DNA of 52,459 nt from a bacterium (GTDB lineage Bacteria > SAR324 > NAC60-12), in NCBI GenBank assembly GCA_965233585.1, contig CBDDTI010000593.1, positions 1 through 52,459 on the forward strand, in the 5' to 3' direction. Below are positions 24,340-34,340 of the stretch, in pieces. The position numbers and the translations under genes were made by a program. Below the pieces are notes generated by a model. The model was not told where the DNA came from and did not search any database. It was given only the letters and a program-made list of their open reading frames with translations. Every line of letters begins with the position of its first letter. Position 1 is the stretch's first letter.

Positions 24340-25354
24340 TTATACAATTCTGTTTAACATGGGAAATTTTTTTAATTTAATTTTTGTCTTCATTTTCATT
24401 AGTTTATCATCCATTTTATCAAGTGCATTAATGTTTACGTAAAAAGGATTTTTAGCTAGTCTATTCAATCTGATTATTGGGTTCCTAAGTTTAAATTTTC
24501 TATCTCCTGCTTTTAACGCCAATTTCGATTTATTCAGTTTAACTGTGGGGGTCCTAAGCAAAAGGCTTGTATCTTCCGGTTTTAACCCCAATTTTGATTT
24601 ATTCACTTTAATTGTGGGGGTCCTAAGTTGAAGGTATGTATCTTCCGGTTTTAACCCCAATTTTGATTTATTCAGTTTAACTGTGGGGGTCCTAAGCAAA
24701 AGGCTTGTATCTTCCGGTTTTAACGCCAATTTTGATTTATTCAGTTTAACTGTGGGGGTCCTAAGCAAAAGGCTTGTATCTTCCGGTTTTAACCCCAATT
24801 TTGATTTATTCACTTTAATTGTGGGGGTCCTAAGTTGAAGGTATGTATCTTCCGGTTTTAACCCCAATTTTAATTTATTCAGTTTCACTGTGGGGGTCCT
24901 AAGCAAAAGGCTTGTATCTTCCGGTTTTAACCCCAATTTTGATTTACTCAGTTTAACTGTGGGGGTCCTAAGCAAAAGACTTGTATCTTCCGGTTTTAAC
25001 CCCAATTTTGATTTACTCAGTTTAATTGTGGGGGTCTTAAGCTTAAGGCTTCTATCTTCCGGTTTTAACCCCAATTTTAATTTATTCAGTTTAACTGTGG
25101 GGGTCCTAAGCAAAAGGCTTGTATCTTCCGGTTTTAACGCCAATTTTGATTTATTCAGTTTAACTATGGGGGTTCTAAGCTGAAGTTTTCCATCTTCCGG
25201 TTTTAACGCCAATTTTGATTTATTCAGTTTAATTGTGGGGAGTTTAAATTTTTGCATTAATCTTAATGGTTTTAATTTTGTCGTAATCATTTTTCTTTTT
25301 TTCTTTAGAATTATTTCATCATCATCATCTTCCTCGTTCCAGCGCCTTTTCCCT
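24340..25354 (-). CDS. Lys/Leu-rich 23-aa tandem-repeat region; probable exon 2 of the 26498 gene
   Basis: 11 copies of TPTVKLNKSKLGLKPEDTSLLLR (69-bp unit); ORF start at 25371 is TTG; joins upstream ORF in frame via GTAAG...AAG intron 25355-25419. Confidence 0.75.
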
Positions 25355-25419
25355 CTTAATGTGGGAGGCAAATAAAATGGCAGTTCTCTTAACTCAGTCG
25401 TCGGATTTAGTCTCCTTAC

Positions 25420-26498
25420 TTTCTCTCCTCATCTTCTTCTTCATCGTCTTCTCTATTTTTCCTTTTTCCTGTCTTAATTCTTTCAATCTGCCGTGTTCTT
25501 TGAATTCTTTCCCATTTATCTGGCGGTATTGGTCTAAATGATTTTTTTCTTTTTCTACGATTTGTTTTTAGAGTGGGTTGTTTTTTCCCCTCTCTAATTT
25601 GTTGATCAATTTCTTGTTGACCAAGTTTTCCCAGCTTTACTTGTGATTCCATTTCATCTAAAGCCGGCCTTTTTTCCGCCGCTCGATGTAATTCCCTCAT
25701 ATCCTCTCTATGACTTTGCAAGAAGGACGGAGTAAGTAAAACTTTTTTCTTCGGCTTTATTTGTTGTTGTTTTTGGCTTAGTTTGTCCAAATTCTCTCTG
25801 ACCATTCTTTGTTCCATAGCATTTAGCCGGTAGTTGTGTTTCTGATGCATGTGTCTGGCGAAAAATCCCGTCTTTTTAAAGTCGGCGCTGTTTTTGCAAA
25901 GAGGACATTTTAACGAAGAACTATGTAATATATCATTGATAGCCCAATTGATGAGAAATTTAGCTCGGTCTGTTTCTGTTTGAGACGAAGTCGCTTCCCT
26001 TGTTTCTTGCGGCAGTGACTGGGGTAAATCGGCGACGGGGAAAATTGCATTTTGCTCAGCAACGGGCGGTGCGGAAATAGAATTTGACCTTTGCCTCGTA
26101 ACACTGTGCTCGGCAACGGGCGGTGCGGAAATGGAATTTGTCCTTTGCCTCGTAAGGATCGGAGGAGGTGCATTGGCAATTGTTTCAATTTGTTCGTCAA
26201 ACGTCTGTTGAGGAAAATCTTCTGTTTGCATCTCATCATCGTTAACTGTAGCATACGTGTCATTGATTTCCCTATCCGGTGATGGTTGTTCATTTACCTC
26301 TCTCGGTTGAGATTTAAATGATTTTAATTGATGAAATCGTAGGGCTTTTTCTAAATAATTGGTCTCGGCGTTTAAGTCTTGTACTCTTTTTAACTGATCC
26401 GGGTCTTCTATGTTTTTTACAATGTTAAAATAAATTCCTTTGGGAATTAAAAACATTTCCGAAACGCCCTCCATGTTTTTTGATTTTATTTTCTTCAT
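25420..26498 (-). CDS. C2H2-zinc-finger-containing viral protein; probable exon 1 (spliced product 697 aa)
   Basis: 360-aa ORF with CPLC-x13-H-x4-H; stop lies inside the GTAAG donor; ATG overlaps the stop of the 117-aa gene (ATGA). Confidence 0.75.
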
Positions 26499-26848
26499 CT
26501 TGTCAAAAGTTGAGTAATTAGGGGAATTACGGCGCTGGCTATGGCTGATAGCACTCCGATTATTCCCCCCCTTTGCAACAGTTTTCTTCTCTTCCCGATA
26601 TCAGATTGTGAACGGGGGTGACTGGCCAGTTTTTTAAAATCTGACAAATGACTTTTTACCTTTTTCCTCAATCTCCCCCGCACCCCCCGCCTCAATTCAA
26701 GTTCGCCGTTCAATACGTAATGGATTATTTGACACAAAATATATATTCCCTTATCATCTAAATGTCTTATGAAATTGGCGCAATCGTGCCCTTTTAAGTG
26801 TTTTATCGCCGTAAAAAAGGAAACGGCTTTTTCTAATGATCTAGTCAT
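26495..26848 (-). CDS. Small Polinton virion protein with QxGG site and C-terminal amphipathic/hydrophobic helix
   Basis: 117 aa, basic, ends LLQRGG-IIGVLSAIASAVIPLITQLL; adjacent to the ATPase. Confidence 0.75.
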   Translation of the reverse strand: MTRSLEKAVSFFTAIKHLKGHDCANFIRHLDDKGIYILCQIIHYVLNGELELRRGVRGRLRKKVKSHLSDFKKLASHPRSQSDIGKRRKLLQRGGIIGVLSAIASAVIPLITQLLTR

Positions 26849-26882
26849 TTAACCGAATTCATTATGTTGTATATTTCAACTC

Positions 26883-27569
26883 TTACATAGATACGTGATA
26901 GGTTTTCATCGGATATTCGTGAGGGAAAATGTGACTTCTTAATCGCACCAAATTGTTTTGTCGCTGATGAAAATCAAGCAAGAGGTATCCGTAAGGACGA
27001 TTGTTGGTAGCCAAACGATAGGCTTCATTTAATAAAAAATTTCTCCCGGGAAACACTTGTTTCGACAGTTGAGATATGGAGCTTTGATCTCTGGGGTTAT
27101 TGAACAAAACCATATATTGGGTGTTGATGCTCAGTGTTCGAAGTTCATTTTTGGCATTGAATAAGTTTTGACACAGGAAAATGGTGAAACAATGATAGTG
27201 GTGAGTAAGGACCGTAAAAAAATGCTTTAAAACCGATCCTACTTCGTCTAAATAATCATCGAACACTACCAGTTTCGGAGCTTTTTTCGGCAACATTTCT
27301 AATATGTCTTTTATTTCCTCCACGGAGGAAGGTATCGATGCAAATTTAAAAAAGCGAGTTTCGTTTTGATCTTGATTCATCTGTTGGTCCATGTCCTCGT
27401 AAGCCTTCTGCCATTCTTTGTAAAATAGTATCATGTACTTTGGTACTTCGGCAAACATGATTTGGCGATTTTCCACTAGTCTCTTTAACCACGATGTTTT
27501 CCCGCTGGAAGTAGGTCCTACCGCCAACATGTTGGATGGCAGGAAAAATCGCACATCGAATCCGCCCAT
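26883..27569 (-). CDS. Genome-packaging ATPase (FtsK/A32-like)
   Basis: Walker A GPTSSGKT, Walker B LVVFDD, downstream HH, QNLF, RTLSIN and RPYGYLLLD motifs typical of Polinton ATPases. Confidence 0.93.
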   Translation of the reverse strand: MGGFDVRFFLPSNMLAVGPTSSGKTSWLKRLVENRQIMFAEVPKYMILFYKEWQKAYEDMDQQMNQDQNETRFFKFASIPSSVEEIKDILEMLPKKAPKLVVFDDYLDEVGSVLKHFFTVLTHHYHCFTIFLCQNLFNAKNELRTLSINTQYMVLFNNPRDQSSISQLSKQVFPGRNFLLNEAYRLATNNRPYGYLLLDFHQRQNNLVRLRSHIFPHEYPMKTYHVSM

Positions 27570-27623
27570 TATTTTTGCCGTTACTCACGTTTTCACACGC
27601 CAATGTTTATATTTAATCTATTT

Positions 27624-30600
27624 TTACGGCTTACATAGATGATGTCTTTTGTATCTCTTAATATACACACTGCCCAGGGCCAATGTACATTTGCCGCAAG
27701 GTAATATATATCTTTTTGTGTCCATAGAAGAGAGGGCAATTTTCCGCCGAAAAGTTGTGCTGATTCGATGGTTCTTTGATGCCAAATGGGTAAACGTTTT
27801 GTAGGTCAATTTGCTATCGATCAAACATTTTTCATAATCTTCGAAAGAAAGTTGATTTTGGATGCTCGTTCTTTTCAATCCTTTGCAAACTTTTTTTTGA
27901 GCTTCTTTTTTACTATTTAAATTTTTTATTTTCATGGCGTAACATTTCGGTCTTAATCCGATAAAATCGGTAATGGCCGACTGACCTTTCAGTTCGTCTT
28001 TAAAATAAAACAAATGATTAGCTCTGCTGTTGTTGTACAGTACGTGATTCTTATTGTACTTGGAAAAGTCGAACATGTGCTCCATTTCTTTCAGTTTATC
28101 GATCAAATTGCTGCACTTGACTTGAAACAAGAAACTATCCGTATCCGAGAAGCATAATTTTAAATTTTTTGCGCCAAATTGTTGCCGAAATTTATCGTAA
28201 GATCGAAACATGAATAATTTGGATAATTCTAAAATCGCAAATCCGGTAGGGGTGGGTTTATTCAGGGTGATGAAATCGGGCTTTTTCATCACCGCTACCA
28301 AATTTTCGTTGATGATCTTAAAGTTGGAAACGTGCTGTCCTAGGCACGCTTTTCGTAGACTTTTTTCATTATCACACAAAATAATGCTGGTGTAATTTCG
28401 TGCGTTTTCTGAAAAAATATCCATGATATCAATTGATCATTTTTTGTTTTAAAAAAAAGGAGGAAAACATAATTACCTATGAATTTCCCGAAAGTTGAGT
28501 TGGCAAAAAGTTTGAACAGCCGAAGTTCAAATTCTGTTTCTGCTTCCGATCTTAGTTTGGTGATTTTTGTAATGAAATTTTTCAGGAAATCTTTTTGGAT
28601 AAATTTTACCGCTCTCCTTATTTTTACCAATTTTAACCCTTTTTGAAGATAATACTGCAAATTGTCCAATAAAACCACATACTTCTTCCGCGGATAAAAT
28701 GTGGCTAAAAGTTTTTTGGAATTGTACTTCTTTCTTCGGTAATCTCGGTAGTTTTGCATTTTTAGAACCTGTCTGTTGAACGGAGATAAGTTTTTAAAAT
28801 CAATTTGTCCGTTGTAGGGAGCTAGTGGAAATTGATCATCTCGCTGATAAAAAAATGGGAGAAAAAAATTTAATTATATTTTTTTCTTTGATAAAACTGA
28901 GAATATCCTTTTTCTCTTTTATCATCATTACCTTGTGATATTTTTTGGGATAGATCATATCAACTTCAAAGGCGTAGCCTGTTTCTCCCTGCGTTGGAAT
29001 GTTCAAAATGTCTTCGGCCGTCCATGATTGGAGTTGTTTCTCCGACACCCACTCGAAATTTCCCACGGGTAGTTTAAACGTTTCACAACTTCCATATAAA
29101 TTATTAGCTAGAAATATGATGGAGGGGGGAAAAAAATCAGATCGAATTTTTCTTTCTGGCTATATTTTTTTACTTACCGTCAACATAAAGCAGATGATTC
29201 CCCGGTGTTTTAGGATCTTCGTTTCCCTTCGCTCGCCTGGTCGATATAAAGCTTTGCCCTCCTCGTATGCCTTTATTGAAAAACTGTTCCATGTCCGGAT
29301 CATGGAGCAAATCTAATGAACCAAATGGTTTTTCGGTTTCGTCCTTATTTTCAGTCTTTTCCTTTTCATAGTACATTTTCAGCATAATGTCGAAAGATAA
29401 ACCGGGTATGCCTATATAGAAAAAAATGTTTTTAAAATAAATGAACCAAATAAATTTTTCCATTTTTTTCAAAAATATCTAAACGTACCTAAGTAATAAA
29501 TCGGGTCCAATTTAAAATGATGTAATACCATTTCCCGATATTTGACGAAAACTTCTGCCAGCAAAATGACATCCAGTCCGCAGTATAACTTCATGTAATC
29601 CTCCATCGTTCGACATTGGAAGAATTTAAAGACTTTTTTCCCGTGTTGATAGTCTTCAACGGAAATCCCCGCGTCGTTTAACGTCGAGTGAAACTCTGCT
29701 CGAGATGGGAACGTGCGACTATTTTTAATATGCTCGAACGAGGAAAAAAATTCGTAAGGGTAAACGCCTTTTCGCTTTAATAATTTTACAGCGGGGGGTT
29801 TTTTACGGTGCTTCAGCTTTTGTAAGACCTCAAATTGGCGAAGAAGGGGGAAATTAAAATTGTCATCTTTACACAGGTCCGATACCAGAGCATCCAGACT
29901 CGAAGGGATGTGTTCCAAAGAATCTTTTATTTGAAATCGGCCGATGGAGAGCGTTCTAAATTTTTCCTGATTCCTGGCCATAACTTTGGCTTTAATTTTC
30001 AGTTTTTCCAGCAGCAAATTTATGTCGTATCTGAAATGATTGAGGGGAAACGAGTCATTGTCACAACATGTTGTGGACATGAAAATATTCTTACCCCTGA
30101 GCGTTATGAAAATACAGCGGCGTCAAGAAGGGTCCCTGTCTCTGAAGATTGCAAATAGCGTGTGCAGCTTCGACGATTTTCCCCGAAACATGATCGTGAT
30201 CTACCACTTTTCTATACCGGAAAGATCGGCTTTCAAATGGTTTTTCGCAAATGTGACAAGTTTCGGCCCGGTGGTAAGCGTCCCACTCTAGGGGGGAGGC
30301 TACTATTTGGCTTACTTTTCTAAATCTTTGTTTTCTTTCTTCTACCAATCGTTCGTAATCCGTTAACTTGTTCAGAAAACGCTCAACCGCGTCCTCCCCG
30401 CTGTAGGTTTCTTGGAAAAAAACGTCATTTTCCGAATCCACGAAACATATGGAATAAGCGCAAGGCTTATGCCGGCATTGTTCTACACTGGCTGACACAT
30501 CACATTGGCACGAAATTGGGTTCTTATTACATTTTTTACACTTCACCTTTTGGCCCTGATCGCCTTTTTCCATGAAACATTCGAAATCTGCGAATCCTAT

Positions 30601-31302
30601 CACCGGGGCTTTGAAAGCGTTCTTTTGATTTCGATAGTTTATGCTGTCCCCCTCGTTCGGGTAAACGATTCTTTGTTTATCGTTCTGACAATAACGCCGA
30701 TGAACGTTCTTTTTCCTCCTTGATCGAAATCGAAGCAGACACATTTCGCAGTAGTGGTTACTCACTCTTTTTTTGTTCGGCGAACAGCTGAAGTTTCTCA
30801 TGTTCAGGTAGGCGTTCAAGTTTTTGATGGTAAAAAAGTGGTACTGGTGTTGAATTTGACGCAAGGTAGAAATGGATTTCGTATTGATGTCGTGCGGATC
30901 AGCCCCGATGTACGAATGATCGTATTTCAGCATGAGCAAGTTTAAAATGTTTTTTGTCTTGTTTTTATCGTTGCTCCGGTTGGAAAACGTGTCCAATATA
31001 CTCACTTCGTTTTCGCTGTCGAACAGCACTCTAATGTTCAGTTTTAAATGTTTATTTTTTTGCACAAACTTGTTGATCTGCTTATACGGCAGGGGGAAAT
31101 TTAACCCGTCAAGATTAAAGCGATCTAAATATTCAGTGGGAATGTTTTTAAAATGAGTAATGTGCGCCGTTTGAAGGGGCCATAAATGACGAACGACGCA
31201 ATACAAAAAGTTTTTTTCATCGTACACAAAATTCCATTTCACACTTTTGCAATTCAATAATGTTTTGGAAATGATGATCGATTTGGAGTACGACGGCTTC
31301 AT
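27624..31302 (-). CDS. polB: Protein-primed family B DNA polymerase, 6 exons, 1103 aa, with vOTU-like and EndoVII/HNH regions
   Basis: Exons 31302-30095, 30030-29489, 29411-29178, 29107-28932, 28843-28477, 28408-27624 (3312 nt, in frame). Motifs: ExoI FADFE, EndoVII CHIC..DHDH..CN, ExoII FHNAQGYD, KGVYPY, ExoIII YCGLD, YVDANNLYG, KLFANSTFGK, FSDTDS, RPKCY. Confidence 0.93.
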
Positions 31303-31320
31303 GTTTCTCTGTTTCTCTCG

Positions 31321-31983
31321 TTACAATACGTTGGAAGAGTCGTACAACACTATATCACAATATTTAAGAGTCTGAAAACGCCAACCCGATCCCCTGGTCA
31401 ATAAGTCTTCCTCCCTTTTGGCAGCCCCCCTCAGCATTGACCTAATTCTATTCCTACGCTGTCTCTCGCTCTGATATCGATTGAACAACAGACCTTTTGA
31501 TCTTAGAGCCAACGTATCGTTATCAACGCTTTTATTTTTCTCTCCCGTTTCTTCCTGGCTCAGATCAGGGATCTCGTAATCGGCAAAAATGACTATGCTC
31601 ATCCTAAAAACGGTTCTGACCGCTGTTTGACTTCTGACCAAATTATTTATCGTGTTGACCGTTCCATTAGAGGAGCAAAAATTAGCAAGCGAGGTGTTAT
31701 TTTCTTCTAAAGACATTCGGTAGATGACGACTTTTTGAGAAATTGAGCTTCTCGAAGTAAAGGGGAGTAAAGATTGATGTTGAGGAGACCACATGTGCTC
31801 AATTAATTGGTCTTTATCTTGGAAAAAAAGGTCGCAAAATGGGCAATCTTTTTTGGAAGATGAGGATGGGGTGACGGCAATAATTTGCTGTTCATCGGAC
31901 GGATGTTTTTTTCTCAAATGTCTGTTTAAATTGTTTTTTCGAGAGAAGAAAATATCACACTTTTCACACTTGTAAATTTTCAT
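31321..31983 (-). CDS. Two C2H2 zinc fingers plus putative terminal-protein domain (normally the PolB N-terminus)
   Basis: CEKC...HLRKKH and CPFC...HMWSPQH; C-terminal RGSGW motif characteristic of the N-terminal region of Polinton pPolBs; first ATG at 31983 (32037 is GTG). Confidence 0.75.
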   Translation of the reverse strand: MKIYKCEKCDIFFSRKNNLNRHLRKKHPSDEQQIIAVTPSSSSKKDCPFCDLFFQDKDQLIEHMWSPQHQSLLPFTSRSSISQKVVIYRMSLEENNTSLANFCSSNGTVNTINNLVRSQTAVRTVFRMSIVIFADYEIPDLSQEETGEKNKSVDNDTLALRSKGLLFNRYQSERQRRNRIRSMLRGAAKREEDLLTRGSGWRFQTLKYCDIVLYDSSNVL

Positions 31984-32192
31984 CTCGTTATTACGACAGG
32001 AAAAAAAGGACGATAAACAATTTGATTTTTTTATCACGATGTTTATTTCGCTTGAGATGCGGTAACCGACTGAATAAAATTTCTCAGACGATGATGATGA
32101 TGTAGAATACGAGTGAGTGAGGGCAAGAAAAGAGGGGAAGGGGTTAGAACGAAGAAAAAATATATAACAAAGGAAGGAGGGGGTAGCACAAC

Positions 32193-33455
32193 TCAGGGCA
32201 AATCCATGATCGAATCTAAACCGCTAGCGATGTTCTTGAGGTCTGATAAGCGGTGCATCAACAGGTTTATTATAATATTCAACCTGGCTGTTGTGCGATC
32301 ATCCCTAACAAAACTTACTCCATCAGAAGGGAAAATTGAGGAAAGGCGACGTTGACATTGTTGAAATTGGTCGGATATGGCTCTAAGTTTCATTAAAGCC
32401 ATAAATTCCTTATGCCTGTCCAGCGGCAGCAAATTTTGCATTTGCATGGCTTGCTCCTGGGTAAAAAGGTAGGTATTTTCAAGGGTATTATGTCCAGTAG
32501 CATTCCGGGCTTGGTCAAGTCCCGCCCTCTTTAACTGGTACATGGTGGACAATTTGTACAGGGGCAAATAATTTGACACTTGCGAGGGGGGGACAGGAAC
32601 ATTGATGGAAGCAGTGGCGGCGGTACGAGGTAAGGGTTGATCAACGGGTTGACGTGTAAAGCTACTGGAGGGAACGGTATTGGTGGCGGTTGTCGGAGGA
32701 AAAGACATATTTTGAGGAGGAGAAGAAAACCGGGCAGTCAACGCTTGAAGAGGGTCGGGGGTGACAGGGGAAAAAGTCTGTTGGTTGGGTCTGATGGATA
32801 TTGATGGAGTAGGAGAGCATAAAGGTGTTCGATAATGCCACATGGACCTGGTGGCAGGAGATAAGCTCTGGGTCATAAGGGACAATGGTGAGGGTGACGA
32901 TGTTCGAAGTAAATGGCTTAAAATGGAATTATCTGAAGATTGTGATCGAAATAAAATATGGGATGATGATGATGATGGTAGTGGTGGTGGTGGTGGTGGT
33001 GGCGGAAGTGACGATGCGAGAGGACGTGATCTTTTAACGGTCAAATCAAGGGGATCCTTTTCTTCCTCGTCCGTCATCGAAATTTTCCTCTTTCCTTGCT
33101 CAGATGTGGTATTGATGGTAGTGGTCGATATCAAAGAAGATGGTGCTATGGTGGAAGGAAGCTGATGAAGGATAACACAGGGCTGAGGTCGAGAAATACG
33201 GCGAGGACGGGAGAGTTTCCTCTTCGATTTACCCTCATCATCCGCCGAATTGATGACGGGAGAGGTCGTTGGTGGAACGACCCTTTCCTCAGTTTGATTT
33301 TTTCGATTTCTGAGGATTCGGATTTTTAGTCCATCATCGGAAGCGGTGGTGCTGGAAAAAGTCGATGATGAAGCCCCTTCCGCATGAATATTCGCAGGAG
33401 TAACATCGGTGGTGGAGGTGGTGGTGGTGGTGGTTTGTTCTTGATGATCAGACAT
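32193..33455 (-). CDS. Ser/Thr/Pro-rich, largely disordered 420-aa protein with CtBP-type PLDLT motif
   Basis: Long intact ORF; PLDLT at 33039-33053; basic NLS-like patches; predicted 5'UTR intron 33464-33522 (GTAAGC...TTTTTAG). Confidence 0.8.
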   Translation of the reverse strand: MSDHQEQTTTTTTSTTDVTPANIHAEGASSSTFSSTTASDDGLKIRILRNRKNQTEERVVPPTTSPVINSADDEGKSKRKLSRPRRISRPQPCVILHQLPSTIAPSSLISTTTINTTSEQGKRKISMTDEEEKDPLDLTVKRSRPLASSLPPPPPPPPLPSSSSSHILFRSQSSDNSILSHLLRTSSPSPLSLMTQSLSPATRSMWHYRTPLCSPTPSISIRPNQQTFSPVTPDPLQALTARFSSPPQNMSFPPTTATNTVPSSSFTRQPVDQPLPRTAATASINVPVPPSQVSNYLPLYKLSTMYQLKRAGLDQARNATGHNTLENTYLFTQEQAMQMQNLLPLDRHKEFMALMKLRAISDQFQQCQRRLSSIFPSDGVSFVRDDRTTARLNIIINLLMHRLSDLKNIASGLDSIMDLP

Positions 33456-34235
33456 GATTTTTTCTAAAAAAATAATAATGTATAAAAAAATTTTCTCCGT
33501 AACACTTTTATTATTTGCTTACCTTTAAGTTTTTTTGGCTAAGTCCTCCCAAAAAAAATGAAAAAGTTTTTTTATTGTTGTATGTTATCCGGTTAAATGG
33601 AATCGAAGTAATGATGATAATAGGAAATCCATATTTGGTTATATAGTTTCCCCCCCAATTAACACTTGCCCCGCTTATTAATTTTAAAAAGCAAAAGAAA
33701 AAAATTCATAGGCGTAAGTAGGGGGAATAAAAAGAGACGGCTGTCTAGGGGAAAAATCAGGTCAATTAAATCACTTCCCTTCCCCTCGGGGCTTAAAGGT
33801 GCAAAGTACTTAAAGAACTTTCTGCACGCGCGCACACCCCCTTACGTGTTGGAAAATAAAAAAAGGAAATCGGCCTCCGCTTCACCATTGATATAGACGG
33901 CGGTATCGAAATTAATGATGGCCGGACAAATAATTGTGTCTCCTCCTTTTTTCCTTTTGTAAAAATAAAAAATGATGTTGGGGTGTTGAAGAAGCGGTTA
34001 ATTGGTTTTTATTCAAAAAGGTAACTAACGAGATGATGATGATGATGAGGGCGATCTTAATGAAAAAGCTAGCCTTCTCCCCTTTTCTTTAATTGGAATA
34101 AAGCCCGATGGAGGGGGAAGACATTGGAATACAAAAGAATTATCTTCTCCCCTCCATTGAGAAAATTTGAACATCGTTAAAAGGGGGTATGTGAATAATA
34201 ACAGGTGCGTTATGACCGCGGCTTAAAAAATAGAC

Positions 34236-34272
34236 TATAAAAAGTTGAGATTGTTTGTTAAAAATATCAGTT
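34236..34272 (+). promoter_or_regulatory. Canonical Pol II core promoter: TATA box + arthropod-type initiator
   Basis: TATAAAAA at 34236 and TCAGTT at 34267, ~70 nt upstream of ATG 34341. Confidence 0.6.
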
Positions 34273-34340
34273 CTGGGTTGACTTTCATCCTTTGAAGACA
34301 AACTTTATTATTTTTCCTCTATATAAGAAAGGAATAAACG

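Noticed and set aside
27624..31302. PolB as a frameshifted pseudogene
   Set aside because: Every break has GT...AG ends with correct phase, and splicing restores conserved motifs exactly
31303..31345. Intron removing the stop between the TP-like ORF and PolB
   Set aside because: Available GT...AG spans are only ~16-37 nt, purine-rich and lack a pyrimidine tract, unlike the other 59-88-nt introns
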